Below are positions 56,821 to 64,000 of a stretch of DNA of 64,000 nucleotides, piece after piece. The notes below the pieces were generated by a model. It was not told where the DNA came from. It worked only from the letters and a program-made list of their open reading frames with translations, and did no database searches. Within the stretch, counting starts at the first letter, position 1; the number at the start of each line of letters is the position of its first letter. Source of the DNA: an uncultured Muribaculaceae bacterium (lineage in GTDB: Bacteria > Bacillota_I > Bacilli_A > RF39 > UBA660); assembly GCA_964370475.1 (NCBI GenBank), contig CAYJJI010000002.1:27151-91150 (forward strand). Reading direction: 5' to 3'. Both the position numbers and the translations under genes were made by a program.

Positions 56821-58689
56821 TTACTCCTTATTATAATACTTTCTTAAATATACTGTAAGTATCGCTATATCTGAAGGATTTACTCCGCTTATTCTTGTTG
56901 CTTGAGCAATTGTACTAGGTCTGATTTGAATAAACTTTTGTTTTGCTTCTGAAGCTAAATTATTTACTTTATTATAATCAATATCTTTTGGAATTTGCTT
57001 TTCTTCCAATTTTAATAATTTTTCTACTTCCTTGTATGTTTTTTCGATGTATCCTTCATATTTTATTGATATTGTAACTTGTTCTTGAATTTCTTCATTA
57101 TATCCATAACAATAACTATTTGTTTTTTTTAAGAAATCTAAAGTGATTTCTGGTCTTTTGAGTAATTGAAATAATGACAAAGTAGTTGTTGGAATATTTA
57201 TATTATGCTCATTAAATACTTCTTTAACTTCATCTGTTATTTTCAATTTTTCTTCTTTTAACCAAGTAGTAAAATTCAATATTTTTAATTCTTTAAGTAG
57301 TAAGTTATCATATCTCTCTTGATTTATTAATTTATTTTTATAGGCATGATGTCCTAATCTTAAGTCGGCATTATCATGTCTTAAGATTAGTCTAAATTCT
57401 GCTCTTGAAGTTAACATTCTATATGGTTCTCCAGTTCCTTTAGTAACTAAATCATCAATTAATACTCCTATATAAGCTTCATTTCGTTTTAATATTAAAG
57501 GTTCTATATCATTTATTTTATTTGATGCATTTAATCCTGCTATTAGTCCTTGTGCAGCTGCTTCTTCATAACCACTTGTTCCGTTTATTTGACCAGCTGT
57601 ATATAAGTTTTTGATTATTTTATTTTCTAATGAATTATTGATTTGTAAAGGATTTATAGCATCATATTCGATGGCATAAGCATATTTTTTTATAATTGCA
57701 TTTTCTAATCCAGGAAGTGAATGAACCATTTGTTCTTGAATATCTTTTGGCATTGATGTTGAAAAACCTTGAATGTACCATTCATCTGTGTAATTAGATT
57801 CTGGTTCTAAGAATAGTTGGTGTCTTTCTTTATCTTTAAATCTTACAATTTTATCTTCTATTGAAGGACAATATCTTGGACCAACACCTTCAACATGGCC
57901 TCCATACATACTTGATTTTTCTAAATTATTTTCGATAATTTCATGTGTTTTTGGAGTGGTATAGATTAAATAACAACTTCTTTGTTTATCAATATCATAA
58001 AGTGGTTTCGTTATATGAGAGAATGTATAGTATTTTTTGCTACCTTTTTCTTCTTGTAAATTATCAAAATTAATAGAATTTTGAGCTATTCTTGGCGGTG
58101 TACCTGTTTTTAATCTTTGAATATCTAATCCTAGAGATTTTAATTTATCACTTAAATGATTTGATCTTTCTTCTCCGTGAGGTCCACTGTTAGTTTTTGT
58201 GTTTCCAATGAGAATTGTACCTTTTAAATATGTTCCGGTAGTTAATATTACAGCATTTGCATATAAGATTTCATTATTTTTTAATATAATTCCTTTAACT
58301 GTATTATCTTCTATAATAAGATCTTCTACCATACCTTCTATAATATTTAAGTTTTCAATTTCACTTAATTTTTCTAGCATTATTTTTGGATATGTTACTT
58401 TGTCAGCTTGTGCTCTTAATGACCTAACTGCTGGACCTTTAGAATCATTAAGCATTTTGATTTGGAAATGTGATTCGTCTGCGACGATACCCATTAATCC
58501 ACCTAAAGCGTCTATTTCTCTTACTATTATACCTTTTGCTGTTCCACCTATTGATGGATTGCATGGCATGTCAGCAATGTTTTTTATATTTGCTGTCACA
58601 AGAGCAGTTTTATTACCTAACTTGCTTGCAGCATTAGCTGCTTCACAACCGGCATGTCCTCCTCCTACAACAATAATATCGTATTTCAT
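56821..58689 (-). CDS. mnmG: tRNA uridine 5-carboxymethylaminomethyl modification enzyme MnmG
   Basis: FAD motif VVGGGHAGCEA. 622 aa. Confidence 0.96.
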   Translation of the reverse strand: MKYDIIVVGGGHAGCEAANAASKLGNKTALVTANIKNIADMPCNPSIGGTAKGIIVREIDALGGLMGIVADESHFQIKMLNDSKGPAVRSLRAQADKVTYPKIMLEKLSEIENLNIIEGMVEDLIIEDNTVKGIILKNNEILYANAVILTTGTYLKGTILIGNTKTNSGPHGEERSNHLSDKLKSLGLDIQRLKTGTPPRIAQNSINFDNLQEEKGSKKYYTFSHITKPLYDIDKQRSCYLIYTTPKTHEIIENNLEKSSMYGGHVEGVGPRYCPSIEDKIVRFKDKERHQLFLEPESNYTDEWYIQGFSTSMPKDIQEQMVHSLPGLENAIIKKYAYAIEYDAINPLQINNSLENKIIKNLYTAGQINGTSGYEEAAAQGLIAGLNASNKINDIEPLILKRNEAYIGVLIDDLVTKGTGEPYRMLTSRAEFRLILRHDNADLRLGHHAYKNKLINQERYDNLLLKELKILNFTTWLKEEKLKITDEVKEVFNEHNINIPTTTLSLFQLLKRPEITLDFLKKTNSYCYGYNEEIQEQVTISIKYEGYIEKTYKEVEKLLKLEEKQIPKDIDYNKVNNLASEAKQKFIQIRPSTIAQATRISGVNPSDIAILTVYLRKYYNKE

Positions 58690-58695
58690 TTTTTC

Positions 58696-60045
58696 CTACT
58701 TTCCTAAGCAAAATTTACTGAATAATTCGTCAAGAAGTTCATCTTTATATGTTGCTCCTATTATTTCTCCTAATAAATCCCAACATATTTTTATATCTGT
58801 TGTTAAAAAATCTATTGGTGTTTGATTTACTATTTGTTCTTCAATTTCGTTAATTTTTTGTATTGACTTTTTTATTAAAGCTATTTGACGGGCGTTTGAT
58901 AAATAAGTTAAATCTTTCAATTTAAAAGTTTCTAATTCAAATAACCTTATTATTTCTTTTTTTAATTCTCTTAAACCATCATTATTAATAGTATTTCCTT
59001 TAATTACATGTTTTAATTTAGAGTAATCTAATTTATTTTCTAAGTCACACTTATTTATATATATTATTGATTTTTTATTTTTTATTTTTTCAATTAGTTC
59101 TTCATCTTCTCTAGATAATTTTTCATTATTATTTAATACTAATATTACTAAATCTGCAATTTTTATTTGTTCTAAACTTTTGTCTACTCCTATTTTTTCT
59201 ACAAAGTCAGTAGTTTTTCTTATACCAGCTGTATCTATAAAATTAATTTTTACACCGCTTAAGTAGATGCTTCCTTCAACTATATCTCTTGTAGTTCCTG
59301 GTATATCAGTTACTATAGCTTTATTTGTTTCTAGGAATTGATTTAGAATTGAACTTTTTCCTACATTTGGTTGACCTATTATAGCTATATTTATTCCATC
59401 TTTTATAATTTTACTATTTGATGAATCTTTATATAGTTTTTCTAATTTTTCTTTTATTTCTTTAATTTTTGGTGTTAAAATTTGGTGTGTTATTTCTTCT
59501 GCATCTTCATATTCTGGAAAATCTATGTTTACTTCTATATTTGCTAATAGTGATACCAATATTTGTCTCAAATCATTTATTTTATTTGTTAGAGAACCTG
59601 TTAATTGGTTTACTGCCAAGTTTCTTGCATTTTCTGTATCTGATTCTATTAAATCTTGTACTGCTTCTGCTTGGGCTAAATCTATTTTTCCGTTTAAAAA
59701 TCTTCTTTTTGTGAATTCTCCTGGTTCTGCTAATCTACAACCATTCATCAATAATAATTCTAATATTTTGTTTGTTGTAGAAATTCCTCCATGGGAATTT
59801 ATTTCAATTATGTCTTCACCTGTATATGTATTTGGTTTTTTCATTACAGATAGTAAAACTTCATCTATTATTTTTGAATCTTCAATTATATGACCATAAT
59901 TTATGGTATGGGTAGATACTTGATCTATATTTTTTCCTTTATATAATTTTTTTATAATATTTATGGATTCTGGTCCACTTATTCTAATTATTGATATTGC
60001 TCCAACACCTTGAGATGTTGCTACTGCACAGATAGTATCATCCAT
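58696..60045 (-). CDS. mnmE: tRNA modification GTPase MnmE
   Basis: G1 motif GQPNVGKSS and C-terminal CLGK. Confidence 0.96.
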   Translation of the reverse strand: MDDTICAVATSQGVGAISIIRISGPESINIIKKLYKGKNIDQVSTHTINYGHIIEDSKIIDEVLLSVMKKPNTYTGEDIIEINSHGGISTTNKILELLLMNGCRLAEPGEFTKRRFLNGKIDLAQAEAVQDLIESDTENARNLAVNQLTGSLTNKINDLRQILVSLLANIEVNIDFPEYEDAEEITHQILTPKIKEIKEKLEKLYKDSSNSKIIKDGINIAIIGQPNVGKSSILNQFLETNKAIVTDIPGTTRDIVEGSIYLSGVKINFIDTAGIRKTTDFVEKIGVDKSLEQIKIADLVILVLNNNEKLSREDEELIEKIKNKKSIIYINKCDLENKLDYSKLKHVIKGNTINNDGLRELKKEIIRLFELETFKLKDLTYLSNARQIALIKKSIQKINEIEEQIVNQTPIDFLTTDIKICWDLLGEIIGATYKDELLDELFSKFCLGK

Positions 60046-60144
60046 ATTTTCACTCCCTTTTTTAGTGGTATTATAGCATATTTTTTTATTTTATTATAGT
60101 TTTAATTATCATGATGTAATAATTAAATTATTTTTTAGAACAAA

Positions 60145-60166
60145 TTAAAAACCTATTTCTAGGTTT
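60145..60166 (-). terminator. Terminator after jag
   Basis: - strand AAACCTA-GAAA-TAGGTTT followed by a short T-run. Confidence 0.5.
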
Positions 60167-60773
60167 AATCTTTATATTTAATAATTATATGACGATTTGG
60201 ATCTTCGCCTTCACTTACTGTTTGAATATTTTTGAAGTTTGTTAGTACATTATGAATTGTTCTTCTTTGGAAAGAATTCATATTTTCTAATTTCGCGTCT
60301 ATCTTTGTTAGCTGAACTTCTTTAGCTATTTTTTTAGCGGTATATTCAAGATTTTTTAGTTGTTTTTCTTTATAATTTTCAACATCTAAAATTATATATG
60401 GATATTTCCCAATTTCATTAAAGACTAATTGTCTTAAAATCATTTGGATAGAAGTTAATGTTCTTCCATCTTTTCCTATTAATATTGAATTATTGTCAGA
60501 GTACATTTTAATAGTAATTTGTTCTTCTCTGATTTTACTTTCAAATTTAACTTCTAAATTCATATTATTTGTTAGTTCTTCAAGATATTTTATTAAATAT
60601 TTTTTAACATTTTCTATTGTAACTAGTTTTAATGTATATGTTTTAGATTTAAATAGTCCACCTTTTTCTTCTTCCATATGATAAATTACATTTTTTTCTT
60701 CTAAATTTAAGTTTTTAAGTGTTTCTTCTAGTAATTTATCTTTTTCTTTTCCAGTAAATGTTTCAACTTTCAT
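60165..60773 (-). CDS. jag: RNA-binding protein Jag/KhpB (KH plus R3H domains)
   Basis: KH-like core (LIGKDGRTLTSIQ) and R3H (SFQRRTIHNVL). Follows yidC. Confidence 0.88.
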   Translation of the reverse strand: MKVETFTGKEKDKLLEETLKNLNLEEKNVIYHMEEEKGGLFKSKTYTLKLVTIENVKKYLIKYLEELTNNMNLEVKFESKIREEQITIKMYSDNNSILIGKDGRTLTSIQMILRQLVFNEIGKYPYIILDVENYKEKQLKNLEYTAKKIAKEVQLTKIDAKLENMNSFQRRTIHNVLTNFKNIQTVSEGEDPNRHIIIKYKD

Positions 60774-60774
60774 A

Positions 60775-61698
60775 CTACACCTTCTTTTTCATATATTTAT
60801 TAATAATTGAGTTTTGAGCTACTGCAAATAAATTTGTTGCAATCCAATACAGCGCTATTGCTGTTGGTAAACTGAATGATGCTAGTGATATTGTTACTAA
60901 CATAATTTTCATCATGAAATTCATTTGTGTTTGCATTTCATCAGTAGTTTGAGAACTCATTGTATTTTTAAATGATAAGTATGTACTTAGAATGATTAAT
61001 ACTATTAATGCTATATAAATATAATTTCCATCGCTTATTCCAACCCATGGAGTTGTTCCCAACTTTAATCCAAGGAAGAATTCTCCTTCAAAAATTGCTG
61101 GTACTCTATTGATTGCTTCTAAGAATGCAAAAAATACTGGTAATTGAATGAATGCTACTAAGCAACCTGAAACTGGATTGATATTATATTTTTTATAAAT
61201 CATCATAGTTTCTTGACTTTTCATCATCATTGAATCTTTATCTTGTTTGTCTTTATATTTTTTTTCTAATGCTTTTATCTCAGGATTAGCTTTTTTCATA
61301 TTTTCTGATTGCATTTGAGATTTTCTTGTTAATGGCAGCATTGCTAATCTTATTATTATACCAATTAGTATAACTGAAATACCCATATTATTAACTAAAT
61401 ATCCTAGTTGTAATATAATGTACGCTAATGGTTTTACAAAGATAGTATCCCATAAACCTTCATATCCATTACTTGTAATAGTAAATTCTTCACATGTAGG
61501 AACTTTATTAATAATTTCTACTTTATGTTCTTCATATAAATTTAAAGTATCTTTATCTGATGGTTGACATAAAATATTTGCTGTTAATGTTTGCCCCGTA
61601 TTTTCATTGATAACATTTTTATTATCATCTTTAACATATTCAGTACAACCAGTTGTTAATAATATTATAGATAATAATATTAATATTTTCTTTTTCAT
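60775..61698 (-). CDS. yidC: Membrane protein insertase YidC (lipoprotein type, SpoIIIJ/YqjG-like)
   Basis: Lipobox LLTTGC, 5 TM segments, and a basic C-terminus. Confidence 0.92.
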   Translation of the reverse strand: MKKKILILLSIILLTTGCTEYVKDDNKNVINENTGQTLTANILCQPSDKDTLNLYEEHKVEIINKVPTCEEFTITSNGYEGLWDTIFVKPLAYIILQLGYLVNNMGISVILIGIIIRLAMLPLTRKSQMQSENMKKANPEIKALEKKYKDKQDKDSMMMKSQETMMIYKKYNINPVSGCLVAFIQLPVFFAFLEAINRVPAIFEGEFFLGLKLGTTPWVGISDGNYIYIALIVLIILSTYLSFKNTMSSQTTDEMQTQMNFMMKIMLVTISLASFSLPTAIALYWIATNLFAVAQNSIINKYMKKKV

Positions 61699-62027
61699 TT
61701 ATTCTCCTTATTTGCAATTAATGATATTAATTTATCTTCTAGTTTAGAATATTCTTTATTTACTGATTTCATTCTAATCATTATCACATAATCAAAATTA
61801 TTAGCAAATTGATTTTTATATTCATCTAAAATACTTTTTACTTGTCTTTTTAATTTATTTCTTACTACTGCGTTACCTGATTTTGTACTTATCGTAATTC
61901 CATATAGTGGAACTATTTCTTTTTTAGGAAACCTATATATAATAAAATAATCATTTTTATTGTATTTTCCTTTTTTTATTATTTTGGTAAATTCAGTACT
62001 TTTTTTAATGATTTCTACTTTTTTCAT
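61695..62027 (-). CDS. rnpA: Ribonuclease P protein component
   Basis: 110 aa, basic, with an RNR-like motif region (AVVRNKLKRQVK). Sits between rpmH and yidC. Confidence 0.92.
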   Translation of the reverse strand: MKKVEIIKKSTEFTKIIKKGKYNKNDYFIIYRFPKKEIVPLYGITISTKSGNAVVRNKLKRQVKSILDEYKNQFANNFDYVIMIRMKSVNKEYSKLEDKLISLIANKENK

Positions 62028-62073
62028 GGAATTACCCCTTTATAATAAATAAAACCACTTAAAAAATAGCGGT

Positions 62074-62196
62074 TTATTTTGTTAGTTGCTTACGTCCTTT
62101 TGCTCTTCTTGATTTTAAAACATTAGTTTCTTTACGAGCGAAAAATCCGTGTTTTTTAGCTTTTTTACGATTATTAGGTTGAAAAGTTCTTTTCAT
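62074..62196 (-). CDS. rpmH: 50S ribosomal protein L34 (short, 40 aa)
   Basis: My own translation: [52 protein letters not shown]. Below the ORF-track length cut-off. Confidence 0.9.
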   Translation of the reverse strand: MKRTFQPNNRKKAKKHGFFARKETNVLKSRRAKGRKQLTK

Positions 62197-62229
62197 AATT
62201 TGCACCTCCTCTAAACAAGTCTCCTTATT

Positions 62230-62689
62230 ATAGTATTATAATGCTTGAATTGTCAAGTTTTTATCGTACTTTTTTTGATATGAATTTGTTTGATAATTTT
62301 GTTGATTTATTTTTTTTATAATATTCATTGAAAATTTATTTAATATTGATTAACTAATTTACAATTTTTTATATTTTTAAGGTTTAAGGTTGTTGAGTAC
62401 TTATTAGTTATCAACATTTATCAATTTTCATTTAGCAACTTTTAAATCCTTTGTTTAAGGTGATATATGAATTTTATCAACAGTTACCTGTGGATATGTG
62501 GATAACTTTTTTAACATGTTATTAAATTTTTTTTAGAAAGTTGTTGATAAGTTGTTAAATATCTTATATTATAGATAAAGTTTTGTTGATAAGTTTGTTG
62601 ATATCTTGTTGATAAATAAAAAATACTTTTATTTTTTGGATTATTAAGTTAAAATATTTTATACATGTTGTGGATTAGGAGGTAATGTT
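62230..62689. other. oriC region: DnaA-box cluster and AT-rich unwinding-type tract upstream of dnaA
   Basis: One perfect box, TGTGGATAA, at 62497-62505. One-mismatch TGTGGATAT at 62489-62497 and TGTGGATTA at 62669-62677. Five copies of the variant TTATCAACA / TGTTGATAA at 62408-62416, 62474-62482, 62542-62550, 62584-62592 and 62607-62615. Very AT-rich tract at 62280-62400. Confidence 0.8.
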
Positions 62690-64000
62690 ATGGATGAAAA
62701 TCAAATTTATAAACAATTTTTAGAGTTAATAAAAGACAATTTGAATAATGTTTCTTATAACACTTGGTTTTCTAATAGTAACATTGTCTCAATAGACAGT
62801 AGTAAAATGGTTATTTCAGTTCCTGGTGAGATGTATAAAAATCATATTATGAGGAATTATCATGATATTATTGTTGATTCATTATATAAAATAACTGGAG
62901 ATATGCTAGATATTGAAGTTATTTTAGAAGAAGAGTTAAATAGTTTGAACTTATTAAATCCTAATCTAGTAGAGGAAATTGCTGTTCAAAAGGTAGATAA
63001 TTTTGAAAGTAATTTAATAAAACAATATACTTTTGATAATTATATGATGGGTGATACCAATAGATTTGCTAAAACAAGTGCACAGACTGTTGCTTTGGCT
63101 CCTGGTAAGACATATAATCCTTTATTCATTTATGGAAGAAGCGGCCTTGGTAAAACACATTTAATGCATGCTATAGGTAATTATATCGTTGAAAATAGTA
63201 GTTTAAGAGTTTTATATACATCTAGTGATGAATTTAGAAATGATTATACTGGTTTAGCTAATTTAAAACCCTATGAAAATACACTTGATTATATTAATAA
63301 TTTCAAAAAGAAATATCGGGATATAGATGTACTTATAATAGATGATATCCAATATTTAGTGGGTGCAGAAAAAACTCAGGAAGAATTTTTCCATACTTTT
63401 AATGAGTTGCACAGAGCTAACAAGCAAATTATTATTAGTTCTGATAGATCTCCAGATGATTTAAAGTTACTTCAAGATAGACTTAGAAGTCGGTTTACTT
63501 GGGGACTACCAGTAGATATTTATCCTCCAGACTTTGAATTAAAGTGTTTAATTATTAAAGATAAATTGAAACACTATACTTTTGGAGATAGAATGAGTGA
63601 AGATGCTATTGAGTACGTTGCTAATAATTGTGATGGTGATGTTAGAAAATTAGAGGGAATTATAAATAGGTTGAGTGCAATGGTAGCAATAAATGTTCCA
63701 GATAAAATAACTTTGGAGCTTGCTATAGACTACACTAAAGACTATTTACCTAAGAATTTTTATAAAAATAATCATATATCTAATATACAGAAAGCTGTTT
63801 CTGATCACTATAAAATTACTGTGGAAATGATGAAAAGTCGTAAGAGAAGTAATAATATAGCCTATCCTAGGCAAATAGCTATGTATTTGTGTAGAGTATT
63901 AACTGATGAATCTTTTCCTAAGATAGGATTAGAGTTTGGAAATAGAGACCATTCGACAGTTATTCATGCTTGTGATAAAATTGAAAGTGATATGAAGAGT
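62690..64000 (+). CDS. dnaA: Chromosomal replication initiator protein DnaA (3' end beyond the window)
   Basis: ATG at 62690 lies 7 nt after AGGAGG. Translation begins MDENQIYKQFLELIKDNL...SYNTWF. Walker A GRSGLGKTH, and the domain IV sequence begins (IAYPRQIAMYLCR). The frame is open to position 64000. Confidence 0.96.
   Translation, partial: MDENQIYKQFLELIKDNLNNVSYNTWFSNSNIVSIDSSKMVISVPGEMYKNHIMRNYHDIIVDSLYKITGDMLDIEVILEEELNSLNLLNPNLVEEIAVQKVDNFESNLIKQYTFDNYMMGDTNRFAKTSAQTVALAPGKTYNPLFIYGRSGLGKTHLMHAIGNYIVENSSLRVLYTSSDEFRNDYTGLANLKPYENTLDYINNFKKKYRDIDVLIIDDIQYLVGAEKTQEEFFHTFNELHRANKQIIISSDRSPDDLKLLQDRLRSRFTWGLPVDIYPPDFELKCLIIKDKLKHYTFGDRMSEDAIEYVANNCDGDVRKLEGIINRLSAMVAINVPDKITLELAIDYTKDYLPKNFYKNNHISNIQKAVSDHYKITVEMMKSRKRSNNIAYPRQIAMYLCRVLTDESFPKIGLEFGNRDHSTVIHACDKIESDMKS

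Noticed and set aside
1-64000. Looked for CRISPR arrays, transposases/IS ends, integrases, prophage blocks, restriction-modification or other recognisable defence genes, rRNA and tRNA genes.
   Set aside because: I saw none. There are no regularly spaced direct repeats, no DDE or tyrosine/serine recombinase-like ORFs and no tRNA-like T-arm sequences. The accessory content consists of envelope proteins and small unknowns, not classical mobile elements.

Overview
This is an origin-proximal chromosome segment of a very AT-rich, spore-forming Firmicute. The gene order resembles the Bacillus/Clostridium yvc, yya and ywl-ywk neighbourhoods. The right end carries mnmG-mnmE-jag-yidC-rnpA-rpmH, then a DnaA-box cluster (oriC), then dnaA on the + strand. 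I call 68 CDS, and 62 of them lie on the - strand, as expected for the replichore left of oriC. Most are housekeeping genes: clpP, whiA, ftsEX plus an M23 hydrolase, ung, rlmH, dnaB, murC, rplI, rpsR-ssb-rpsF, ychF, parAB, ftsH, tilS, prfB (with its +1 frameshift), secA, hpf, csp, murA, prmC, prfA, rpoE, argS, a class A PBP, rsmG. Sporulation genes are also present: spoIID, a degenerate SpoIIQ-like LytM protein, spoIIR and a gerQ-like gene. I saw no rRNA or tRNA genes, CRISPR arrays, transposases, integrases or recognisable defence genes. The non-backbone content worth attention is: (1) a roughly 450-nt GC-enriched, ORF-free region at 41.2-41.7 kb with its own near-consensus sigma-A promoter, a candidate structured RNA or long leader of unknown class; (2) two paralogous orphan pilin-like proteins of about 650 aa with a class III signal peptide, Ig-like modules and different C-terminal tips, one tip being a Cys/Tyr-rich C-x4-C-x7-C repeat; (3) a three-gene insertion between ychF and rpsF, in which two DUF1292-like small proteins bracket a 571-aa repeat-rich protein with a glycine-zipper hydrophobic hairpin; (4) an 1162-aa beta-helix/Ig-like surface protein; (5) a second ParB-family protein with a long unique C-terminal half, separated by 30 kb from parA-parB. 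All functional calls rest on motif recognition by eye. No database search was run.
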